A DNA stretch of 44,552 nt, taken from sequence record SRR22947727_5211; one strand, given 5' to 3'. Within the stretch, counting starts at the first letter, position 1, and each line of letters starts with the position of its first letter. Shown piece after piece: positions 9,240 through 17,769 of the stretch. A program made the position numbers and the translations under genes. The notes beneath the pieces were generated by a model that saw nothing but the letters and a program-made list of their open reading frames with translations, did no database searches and was not told where the DNA came from.

Positions 9240-10178
9240 TCACTCGCTGGAGCCGGTGCGCAAACCCTCAAGCCATGTCCTGGCATCCACAAACGCGGCA
9301 TCACTGTTTCGGGGTGACACCTCTGGTTTGTGGCCATTGGCACGCGGGTAGGAGCCGAGGTAAATGACATTGGGGCTGAACCTGCGCAAACCGAGCAGAG
9401 CATCGGCAACTCGCTCGTCATCGACGTGACCATCGAGGTCGATGACGAACCGGTAGCGACCCATCGCATCACCAATCGGCCTCGATTCCAGCAAACTCAT
9501 GTTCACGCCCCGGGTGGCGAATTGCTCCAGCATCTCTAACAGGCGTCCTGGTCCATCATCGGGGAGCTCCGCGATGATGCTGGTCTTGTCCGCACCCGTT
9601 CTCGCTGGCGGTTGGCCGCCTTTTTGCACCAACACGAAGCGGGTCTCTGCATTCGGGTTGTCCCCAATGTTCTCGGCCACAACGTCAACGCCTGCGTGTT
9701 GGGTAATTCCTGGGGGCGCGATGGCGGCATCTGCCAGACCGTCGTCCACAATCGTCTGTGCTGCGTGAACATTGGAGCGAGCGGGAACGTGAGAGTGCTG
9801 GGGGAGGTTCGCTTCCAGCCACCCTCGGCACTGCGCATAGGCGACAGCGTGTGCTGCCACCGTGGTCACATCTGACAAAGCCTGTCCGGGCTTCACCGCC
9901 AGAACAAACCTGACGGGCACCATGTATTCCCCGACAATCCTGAGTTCGGGCGCCATCGCCAAAGCGTCTTGGGTGGCACTCACGCCGCCCTCAATGCTGT
10001 TCTCGATGGCGATCATGGCGAAGTCGCTGCGACCCGAAAGAACATCGTCGAGGGCTTCGCCCACGTTGTGAACACTGACCCATTCCTGACCCGCGGCAGC
10101 AGAAACCTGCCCCAGGGCCTCCCAGGTGAAGGTGCCCACAGGGCCTAGATAGCTATAGCGCTTCGCTCCAGATGCCAC
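9240..10178 (-). CDS. pheA: Prephenate dehydratase
   Basis: YLGP.GTFT, IENSIEG, catalytic TRF and ACT-domain ESRP. Confidence 0.96.
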   Translation of the reverse strand: MASGAKRYSYLGPVGTFTWEALGQVSAAAGQEWVSVHNVGEALDDVLSGRSDFAMIAIENSIEGGVSATQDALAMAPELRIVGEYMVPVRFVLAVKPGQALSDVTTVAAHAVAYAQCRGWLEANLPQHSHVPARSNVHAAQTIVDDGLADAAIAPPGITQHAGVDVVAENIGDNPNAETRFVLVQKGGQPPARTGADKTSIIAELPDDGPGRLLEMLEQFATRGVNMSLLESRPIGDAMGRYRFVIDLDGHVDDERVADALLGLRRFSPNVIYLGSYPRANGHKPEVSPRNSDAAFVDARTWLEGLRTGSSE

Positions 10179-10257
10179 CCCCCGAGTCTAGTGAGCGCGA
10201 GGAATTCTCTGCAGGCATCGGGGTGGCAGACTGGGAAAGCGAGATGAGGAGACACCG

Positions 10258-11439
10258 ATGACTGGCCACCGCTTTGATGACATCACCGTAGAGAGCTTGA
10301 TGGAAACCGGGAGCATGAAATGGACCCGGATGCCCGGTCACCTCGCTGCGTTCGTGGCAGAGATGGACTTTGGCACTGCCCCCGCGGTCACACAATCCCT
10401 CCAACACTTAACGGATAAAGCTCTGTGGGGCTACCTGCCTCCCGCGGTCACGAGGGACATGTCGGAGGCAACCTCAGAGTTTCTCCACGCTCGCTACTCG
10501 TGGGAAGTTCCCTCCTCCAGGATTTATCCGACCGCCGATGTGTTGAGTGCCTATGAGGTGGTGATGGAGCGGTTCACGAAGCCAGGCTCTGCCGTGATTC
10601 TCCCCACCCCCGCGTACATGCCGTTTTTGACCCTGACTCCTCTCCGAGGGCGAGAGATCATCCAGGTCCCCATGATCGAAGGCGAGGGTGGACGCTTGGA
10701 GATGGACCTTGAGGGAATTGCGGCCGCCTTCGACCAGGGCGCGCACCTCATGATTCTCTGCAACCCTCACAACCCTCTCGGTCGCGTCTATACCGAGAGT
10801 GAGCTTCTCGCCCTAGCCGACGTGGTGGATGCGAAGGGTGGCGTGGTGTTCTCCGACGAAATCCATGCCCCGATCACGTTCGATGACCACGCTCACATCC
10901 CCTACGCCTCGCTGAATGAGACAACAGCAGCCCACACGCTCACCGCCACGTCAGCCTCCAAAGCCTGGAATATTCCGGGCCTCAAGTGCGCACAACTGAT
11001 CGTCTCGAACGATGACCACCAGGCATCGATGAAAGACATCGCCTTCATCGTCTCCCACGGGGCGGCAACACCCGGTGTTGCCGCCAATACTGCCGCCTAT
11101 CGAGACGGCGGTGAATGGCTGGAGGACGTCCTGGGTTACATCGCTGACAACCGGGCTCTCTTGAGTGAACTCCTGGCCACCCACCTACCCGAGGTGACAT
11201 ACCGGGAACCAGAGGGCACCTACATCGCCTGGCTGGACGCGAGAGGTCTACCGGATATCAAGGGGGATCGCTCCTGGGCACAGTTCTTCTCCGACGAAGC
11301 CAGAGTGGGCCTCACTGATGGAGCACTCTGCGGGGAGGCAGGTGTCGACCACCTTCGCCTGATGCTCTCCACCCCCCATCACATCCTGGAAAAGATTGTG
11401 ATTGCTATGGCTGAGGCAGTGAGAAAGCACGAAAGCTAA
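10258..11439 (+). CDS. MalY/PatB-family PLP enzyme (cystathionine beta-lyase-like)
   Basis: FVAEMDF, LCNPHNPLG, SDEIH, SASKAWNIPG and EGTYIAWLD. Confidence 0.92.
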   Translation: MTGHRFDDITVESLMETGSMKWTRMPGHLAAFVAEMDFGTAPAVTQSLQHLTDKALWGYLPPAVTRDMSEATSEFLHARYSWEVPSSRIYPTADVLSAYEVVMERFTKPGSAVILPTPAYMPFLTLTPLRGREIIQVPMIEGEGGRLEMDLEGIAAAFDQGAHLMILCNPHNPLGRVYTESELLALADVVDAKGGVVFSDEIHAPITFDDHAHIPYASLNETTAAHTLTATSASKAWNIPGLKCAQLIVSNDDHQASMKDIAFIVSHGAATPGVAANTAAYRDGGEWLEDVLGYIADNRALLSELLATHLPEVTYREPEGTYIAWLDARGLPDIKGDRSWAQFFSDEARVGLTDGALCGEAGVDHLRLMLSTPHHILEKIVIAMAEAVRKHES

Positions 11440-11449
11440 CCCTGGGGAC

Positions 11450-11725
11450 ATGGAGATCACTCACGAACCAGACGCCCATCGCTACGTCCTCGCAGAAGGT
11501 GATGAATTCCTCGGTGAAATCGAATACCAGGTGCAGGGCACCACGTTGCTGCTCCTGCGCGCTGAGGTGCCGATCGAAAAACGCGGGCAAGGCTTAGGAA
11601 TCCCCCTCACCAAGGGAACCCTGGAGGCCATCCGCAAAGAGGGAACCCATTCGGTCACCCCGATATGCCCCTACATCGCCAAATACATGATGAAGAACCC
11701 GGAGTTCGACGACCTGAAGGCCTAA
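11450..11725 (+). CDS. Small GNAT acetyltransferase (YjdJ-like)
   Basis: RGQGLG motif and VTPICPY. Confidence 0.85.
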   Translation: MEITHEPDAHRYVLAEGDEFLGEIEYQVQGTTLLLLRAEVPIEKRGQGLGIPLTKGTLEAIRKEGTHSVTPICPYIAKYMMKNPEFDDLKA

Positions 11726-11728
11726 AAC

Positions 11729-12514
11729 CTAGGGATTGCGCCTCGGCAACACGACGGGTCGTGGCGGGTGGCCCACCTGCTCAATGTCGACATCGACTCC
11801 GTACACCCTGCTCACCCGGTCAGCGACGATGACCTCTGCGGGTGACCCGGTCGCTTCCAGTCGGCCTTCGACCACCATCGCTACTCGATCGGCGTAGCCA
11901 GCTGCTACGGACAGGTCGTGCACGACCACCACCACGCCTCGTCCCTGATCGGCCAAATCTCTGATGGTCCTCATGACCGACTCTTGATGCTTCAAATCCA
12001 GCGCAGCGGTGGGCTCATCCAACAACACCAGGGGTGTTCTCTGGGCGAGCACGCGAGCGAGCGACACTCTCGCTCGCTCACCACCCGAGAGTTGGTTGAA
12101 ACGTCGCTCGCTCAAGTGTCCAACATCCGCCAGGTTCAGAGCTTCCTCAATAGCCTCGTCATCCTCTGCAATCAGCGGGGTTCTGCCCCAGGGGGCTCGG
12201 CCCATTTCGACGATTTCCCAGACGCTGAAGGGAAAAGAGACCTGGTTGGCCTGCATCAACACTGAACGCAGCCTCGATGCCTCATCCGGTCGATACTTGG
12301 TGACATCTTTTTCCCCGAGGAATGCTGTTCCACTCGTGGCATGAACGTCCCCTGCGAGCAGGGACAGGATCGAGGATTTACCGGCACCATTGGGGCCCAC
12401 CAGCGCAAGAACCTCTCCCGGGTAGACCTCCATCGAGACGGTCTTCACAATCGCCCGGCCATCGAGGACCAGCCCCACAGAGTCCAGGCGAGCGAGCGGC
12501 GTTACCCCACCCAT
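11729..12514 (-). CDS. hmuV: Heme/Fe-chelate ABC transporter ATP-binding protein
   Basis: GPNGAGKS, LSGGERARV, LLDEPTAALD and VHDL. ATG overlaps the permease stop (TAATG). Confidence 0.88.
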   Translation of the reverse strand: MGGVTPLARLDSVGLVLDGRAIVKTVSMEVYPGEVLALVGPNGAGKSSILSLLAGDVHATSGTAFLGEKDVTKYRPDEASRLRSVLMQANQVSFPFSVWEIVEMGRAPWGRTPLIAEDDEAIEEALNLADVGHLSERRFNQLSGGERARVSLARVLAQRTPLVLLDEPTAALDLKHQESVMRTIRDLADQGRGVVVVVHDLSVAAGYADRVAMVVEGRLEATGSPAEVIVADRVSRVYGVDVDIEQVGHPPRPVVLPRRNP

Positions 12515-13575
12515 TAAGCCCACCCCCCGCTGCGACGACGCTGCTGATAGAGCAAACCAAAGAAGAACGGTCCACCCACCAGTGCGGTGAGCATGCCAAT
12601 CGGCAAATCAGCTCCAGAGACCAAAGTCCGGGTCATCAGGTCAGCAATTGCCAGAAGAGCTCCGCCCCCAACAGCACTGGCGACCAACAGTCCTCGGTGG
12701 GCGGGGCCGAGCGCCATTCGGATGATGTGGGGGACGACGAGTCCCACAAACGCAATGATTCCCGCGAAAGCGACGGCAACTCCGGTCAACAGCGCCACCA
12801 AGACGATCGCGATGATGCGCAACTGTTCCACATCAACACCGAGGTGGCGAGCGTTTCTCTCACCCAGTGACAACAAGTCCAACTTCGAGGCGAGCAGCAC
12901 AGCCAGGATGGTGCCAAGGATCAAAACCGGCAAGACAATAGTGACTTCGGACCACACAGAACCGGCAAGAGAACCCAGCTGCCAAAAGACAATCTGTTCC
13001 CGGCTGGCGGTGTCGGCGAGGAAAAGCACAAAGGCGAGGCCCGCTTGCGCGAAAGCGTTGATAGCGATTCCGGTCAAGAGCAGGGTCACCACTTCCGTAC
13101 GACCACCGGCCCTCGCCACCGCATAGACCAGCAGCGTTGCTCCGAGTCCTCCCAAGAAAGCGAGCAGAGCGACACCGCCGCCTCCGGCGGCAATGCCAAA
13201 CACAATCGCGGTGGAGGCACCCAGTGCGGCACCTGCGGAAACACCCACCACACCGGGTTCCGCAAGTGGGTTACCAAAGACTGCCTGCATGAGGGCTCCT
13301 GCAACGGCAAGTGCTGCCCCCACTGCTAGCGCCATCACGATTCGAGGGAAGCGGACTACTTCCAACGTGGCCACGATGACCGGGTCTGCAGGCGCCCAGG
13401 AAGTAGAGATTCCGAGCCAGGTCAGGAGAGTTCCCACAACCTCGGTGACACTAATCGGGAGTTGCCCGACTACAGCCGAGACCATGACCGCCGCGATCAG
13501 GATCGCGACGAGCGCGCTCGACAGGATGACGCTGCGTACTCGCACGCGTCGACGACTGGATTCAGGCTGGCTCAC
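12514..13575 (-). CDS. hmuU: FecCD/HmuU-family ABC permease
   Basis: RFPRIVM, NPLAEPG, FWQLGSL, GIIAFVGLVVPH and GGPFF. GTG 13575 overlaps the lplA stop (GTGA). Start uncertain. Confidence 0.88.
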   Translation of the reverse strand: MSQPESSRRRVRVRSVILSSALVAILIAAVMVSAVVGQLPISVTEVVGTLLTWLGISTSWAPADPVIVATLEVVRFPRIVMALAVGAALAVAGALMQAVFGNPLAEPGVVGVSAGAALGASTAIVFGIAAGGGGVALLAFLGGLGATLLVYAVARAGGRTEVVTLLLTGIAINAFAQAGLAFVLFLADTASREQIVFWQLGSLAGSVWSEVTIVLPVLILGTILAVLLASKLDLLSLGERNARHLGVDVEQLRIIAIVLVALLTGVAVAFAGIIAFVGLVVPHIIRMALGPAHRGLLVASAVGGGALLAIADLMTRTLVSGADLPIGMLTALVGGPFFFGLLYQQRRRSGGWA

Positions 13576-14621
13576 GGGACTCGATGGAACCATTCCGGTG
13601 TGGCAAATTTCTCCACCGCAAGCGCGTTCGCGCGCTCCATCTCCTCTGCTGTGACCCCGCCGGGGCGGAGACCATAGGAGGAGGTGAACGAGCTCACCAG
13701 GTGCTCCATGATGGCCTCGCGGGTCAGACCGGTGTGAGATTTCAGAGGGTCCACTCGTTTATTGGCGCTTTGCACCCCTTTGTCGCTGATCTTCTCGCGA
13801 CCAATCCGCAACACCTCGACCATGCGGTCACCGTCCATGTCATAGGCCATGGTGACGTGATGGAGGACGGCACCGCTGCCGAGTCGCTTTTGGGCAGCCC
13901 CACCAATTTTTCCGGTGGGGCTGGTGATGTCATTCAGCGGTTTGTAGGAGGCGTCAATGCCAAGGCCTCGCAAAGACTGGACAACCCAGTCGTCCAGGAA
14001 CGCATACGAGTCTTGGAAGCTCATCCCGGAGACCAACTCTGCTGGTGCGTAGAGGGAGTAGGTGATGGCGGTACCAAGCTCCATGAACATCGCACCGCCG
14101 CCGCTCACGCGACGAACGACCTCCAGGCCATACTTCGCGGCGTTATCCAGGTCGACCTCGTTCGTGACTGATTGAAAACTCCCGATGACGACCGCAGGCT
14201 TCGCCCATTCCCAGAGGCGGAGTGTGGGGCCGCGCCTGCCAGCCCCTACTTCTTCGGCAAGAACCTGATCCAGCGCCATCTGGGTAAGCGGCTCGAGGGG
14301 CTCTGGAGCAATGTAGTCCCAGGTGTAGTCGAGGAAACTGGTGGCTCCGGTGAGGGCTCGCCTCACGACGGTTCCGATGGCTTCGGGGCTAAAGCCCATC
14401 ATCACGGCGTCAGCCGGAAGCGCCTGGGTCACCGCGCGCGCGATGTCCTCACTGGAGGAAGTGGTGGGAAGACCGACGATGGCCGCGTTGATGGCCTCGA
14501 GGGCTTCGTCGGGTTCAAGGAAAAAGTCTCCCGCGATCCGGCACACAGAAATAGAGTTGGCGTCTACCTCGATATCGGCGACAACGAGCTTTCCGCCCGG
14601 GACTTTGTACTCTGCATGCAC
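13572..14621 (-). CDS. lplA: Lipoate--protein ligase A, accessory domain N-terminal
   Basis: RRVSGGGAM, KPLND and KIGGAAQ. N-terminal KVPGGKLV...GDFF accessory domain. Confidence 0.9.
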   Translation of the reverse strand: MHAEYKVPGGKLVVADIEVDANSISVCRIAGDFFLEPDEALEAINAAIVGLPTTSSSEDIARAVTQALPADAVMMGFSPEAIGTVVRRALTGATSFLDYTWDYIAPEPLEPLTQMALDQVLAEEVGAGRRGPTLRLWEWAKPAVVIGSFQSVTNEVDLDNAAKYGLEVVRRVSGGGAMFMELGTAITYSLYAPAELVSGMSFQDSYAFLDDWVVQSLRGLGIDASYKPLNDITSPTGKIGGAAQKRLGSGAVLHHVTMAYDMDGDRMVEVLRIGREKISDKGVQSANKRVDPLKSHTGLTREAIMEHLVSSFTSSYGLRPGGVTAEEMERANALAVEKFATPEWFHRVP

Positions 14622-14630
14622 CCCTTAACC

Positions 14631-15503
14631 CTACGGTGTGCTTGCTTCGAGCCTCCCGGCTAGCCAGGCCACAAGATCGTCCATGACCTCGTCCTTGTTT
14701 GTCTCGTTGAAGATTTCGTGACGAGCCCCCTGATAAACGATGAGTTCGACATCACTCGAGCCCTTGCGAAGGAAAGCATCTGCGAGTTTCTTGGCACTCT
14801 TCTCCCCTCCGAGGGCGCAATCAGAGCCGATCGCCAACAATATGGGGATGTCCCTGTCGAGCCGACGAGGGACTCCGAGGAATCGAGCCGCATCCAGCAC
14901 TCCGAAGAGCTTGAGTGGATTGACTGGAAAAGTCAGGGGGTCATCACGCCACGCCTCGTGCACGGCAACATCTCGGGACAACCATTCCGCACCAGTGGAA
15001 CCCAAATGCTTGTGTTTTGCATTCAAGTCCCCCAGTTCCATAAAACCAGGCAAGCGATATGCGGCCCCAGTAAAGACCACGCCATCAAAGAGAGTGGCTC
15101 CTCGCTGATTCAGAATGAGTTGGCCAACGACAGCGCCCCCACTGTGTCCCAGGAAGTAGAGGGGAGCCCCTGGTCGCTCCCCAAGAATGATGTCAGTAAA
15201 TGCTCGCACGGCGGCGACCGCGGCAGGAATCCCCCCGGGGCCTAATTTCCCGAGTTTGCTGTAGTCACCCTCCCACTGCTCAAGACCCGTCGCACCGTGG
15301 CCTCGGTGCTCATTCGCCCACACCTCGAAACCTTCTTTCACAAGCCTGGTGACGAGCCCTTCGTAGCGCAGGCCGTGCTCCCCCAGACCGTGGGCGAGCT
15401 GAATCATGGCCCGAGGCTTCCCTCGCGGTGACCAGCGGTGATAGTGGATGGTGACTCCGTAGGAGTCGACAAAGATCTCGTCTACGCGCTTCGGTGCGGC
15501 CAT
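14631..15503 (-). CDS. Alpha/beta hydrolase (lysophospholipase/monoacylglycerol lipase-like)
   Basis: HGLGEH, HRGHG, nucleophile GHSGG and ARHEIFNE. Confidence 0.9.
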   Translation of the reverse strand: MAAPKRVDEIFVDSYGVTIHYHRWSPRGKPRAMIQLAHGLGEHGLRYEGLVTRLVKEGFEVWANEHRGHGATGLEQWEGDYSKLGKLGPGGIPAAVAAVRAFTDIILGERPGAPLYFLGHSGGAVVGQLILNQRGATLFDGVVFTGAAYRLPGFMELGDLNAKHKHLGSTGAEWLSRDVAVHEAWRDDPLTFPVNPLKLFGVLDAARFLGVPRRLDRDIPILLAIGSDCALGGEKSAKKLADAFLRKGSSDVELIVYQGARHEIFNETNKDEVMDDLVAWLAGRLEASTP

Positions 15504-15512
15504 GGCGCAATC

Positions 15513-16637
15513 CTATTGTGTGGGTCCGAACAGGTCTAAGGCCACCGTTCTGTGCACTGCTTCGGTATCGCTCGGGTGATAGACACCCGCGAGAACGTCT
15601 CGTTGAAGGCGGGAGAGTTCATGAGACGAGCGATATGCCCCGCCCCCGACTATCCGGAGCGCCGTGTCCACGACGCTGCGCGCGGTCTCCACGCTCTGGT
15701 GTTTCATCCCGGAGAGCAGGCGAAACCAATGATTCGGTGTGGGACCGGCGACATCCGCCCATGAGCAATAGGTCTCAAGCTGCGGGGTCAGGGCATCCAC
15801 CGCAATCGCAGAAGCGGCAGCCTGGCGGCGAATATCAGGGTCATCGGCGTAGGCGGCTTCGTCATCGAGCGCGCTGTGTTTGCTCGTGGCACCCTCCACC
15901 GTGAGCTCCAATGCCCTATCGGCAATGCCGGCATACACACTGGAGACCAGCAACAGGAAGTTCTGGAATATGGCGATGGTAAACGGGTCCTCATTAGCCC
16001 CGACCGGCAGACGCCTCGCCACCCGAGCATGCTCGACCAGGACTCCCTCAAGCTGGGTGGTGTAGCTCTGGGTGGCCCGCATTCCCAGGGTGTCCCAGTC
16101 GGGGGTATTGGACCAGCCCGTCTGGTCTCGAGTGATAAATCCATGGATGATCTCATCGCCGTGGCGCCCCAGCAAACTCAATCTCGTCCACGCAGGTGAG
16201 AGGGACACAAAGATCTTCTGCCCAGTGAAGGAATATCCGCCCTCCACCTCGGACGCGGTGACGAGTGAGTCAGAGAGCACCCGGTCATTCCCGCGCTCGC
16301 TCACCCCAAAAGCAAAAAGCTCGCCGGCTTCCCCGTCATCGAGAACCCACTGCAGTTCGGTGTGACCGGCGTTCACCATGTCTCTGGCGACACCCATCCA
16401 GGTGAGGTGCATTCCAATACCCAGCGCCGTGGCCGGCGCGTGGGCCGCCAGGCGTCTCTGGTCCGAGGACATTTGGGGAAGGGAGCGGGGCTTCAGGTAA
16501 CCGATCTCCCGGAGGATGTCGAGGTCCTCCTGAAAAAACTCGTTGCGCTGGTCATAACCAGGTGCTCGATCCCGAATACCGGCTAGGACATCGTCGGTCA
16601 GGACCGACGATGCGACCAGGTCAGCACGAGCGCTCAT
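15513..16637 (-). CDS. Acyl-CoA dehydrogenase superfamily flavoprotein
   Basis: GVSE, TGQKIF, WDTLGMRATQS, GGGAY and RLQRD. Substrate unknown. Confidence 0.85.
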   Translation of the reverse strand: MSARADLVASSVLTDDVLAGIRDRAPGYDQRNEFFQEDLDILREIGYLKPRSLPQMSSDQRRLAAHAPATALGIGMHLTWMGVARDMVNAGHTELQWVLDDGEAGELFAFGVSERGNDRVLSDSLVTASEVEGGYSFTGQKIFVSLSPAWTRLSLLGRHGDEIIHGFITRDQTGWSNTPDWDTLGMRATQSYTTQLEGVLVEHARVARRLPVGANEDPFTIAIFQNFLLLVSSVYAGIADRALELTVEGATSKHSALDDEAAYADDPDIRRQAAASAIAVDALTPQLETYCSWADVAGPTPNHWFRLLSGMKHQSVETARSVVDTALRIVGGGAYRSSHELSRLQRDVLAGVYHPSDTEAVHRTVALDLFGPTQ

Positions 16638-16641
16638 GCTC

Positions 16642-17769
16642 TCAGGCTAACGCGCCCTCATGGTGCTCCACCGGGAACACCAGAGCAGGGTGACGCAGAG
16701 CCAAATGGAAGTCTTGTCCCACAGAGGGGAGGAAGGGCGCTGCAATCCGAGCGCGAACGCGCTCGGGATGACCAGTTAGCTCGAACTCCACGAGAGCGTC
16801 GTGACCCGCATAGGAGACACCCCTTACCTTGGCGGAAATACCCGAGGGTGAGGGAACGAGCCACTCAGGACGGACCACCACCCGGACCGTGTCACCACTC
16901 GTGGGCTCTGCACCTTGAGAGGTGGCTGCAACATCGCCCAGCGCGCAGAGCACGTGTCCCGTGCACCCCAATCGATTCTCGGCAGGGCCGCAGAAGTCTT
17001 TCGCCCCGCACTGTTGGCAGTTGAGGGCGTCGTCTTTCCAGGTTCCCTCCAACTCCACGGTGTCTCCCACGAAGGAAGCAACCCACGGTGTCGCGGGTGA
17101 TTCATAAATCTCCAAGGGTGTCCCCACCTGGACGATGCGACCGTTATCCATCACCGCGACGAAGTCCGCCAAGTCAAGGGCTTCTTCGCGATCATGGGTC
17201 ACCATGATCGCGGTGGTTTCCTGCTCTCGCAGAATGCGCGCCACATCTCGACCCAACGAATGACGCAAGACACTATCCAGAGCACCGAAGGGCTCATCGA
17301 GAAGAAGCACATCAGGTGCTGGGGCAAGAGCTCTCGCTAGAGCCACGCGTTGAGCTTGACCGCCGGAGAGTTGACCGGGGGCACGGTCCGTAAACCCCTG
17401 GAGACCTATCAGGGAGGCGAGCTCGTCAACGCGCTCTGTCCGCCTGCGACCTTTGGGAAGAGAGAAACCGATGTTGTCTCCCACACTCAAGTGAGGAAAG
17501 AGTGACGCTTCTTGTGGGACCCAGCCAATACCCCGCTGCTCCGGGGGAACCCGGTGCCCAGCAGACGAGAGCTCCCTCGATCCGACAGTGATGGTTCCCG
17601 AGTCAATGGACACGAGACCGGCAAGCGCCATCAACAGACTGGTCTTGCCACATCCGGAGGGCCCCAAAATGGCGACCAAAGATCCGGAGGGAACAACGAG
17701 TGAGACATCCCGCAGTGCTTGCCTGGAGCCATAGGAGAGGCTGATGTTGCTCAGCGTTAGCGTGGTCAC
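16642..17769 (-). CDS. Fe3+ ABC transporter ATP-binding protein (FbpC-like) with Cys-rich insert
   Basis: GPSGCGKT, LSGGQAQR, LLDEP, VTHD and C-terminal TOBE-like region. Start GTG 17769 (AGGAGG SD, GTGA overlap with permease stop). Confidence 0.9.
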   Translation of the reverse strand: MTTLTLSNISLSYGSRQALRDVSLVVPSGSLVAILGPSGCGKTSLLMALAGLVSIDSGTITVGSRELSSAGHRVPPEQRGIGWVPQEASLFPHLSVGDNIGFSLPKGRRRTERVDELASLIGLQGFTDRAPGQLSGGQAQRVALARALAPAPDVLLLDEPFGALDSVLRHSLGRDVARILREQETTAIMVTHDREEALDLADFVAVMDNGRIVQVGTPLEIYESPATPWVASFVGDTVELEGTWKDDALNCQQCGAKDFCGPAENRLGCTGHVLCALGDVAATSQGAEPTSGDTVRVVVRPEWLVPSPSGISAKVRGVSYAGHDALVEFELTGHPERVRARIAAPFLPSVGQDFHLALRHPALVFPVEHHEGALA

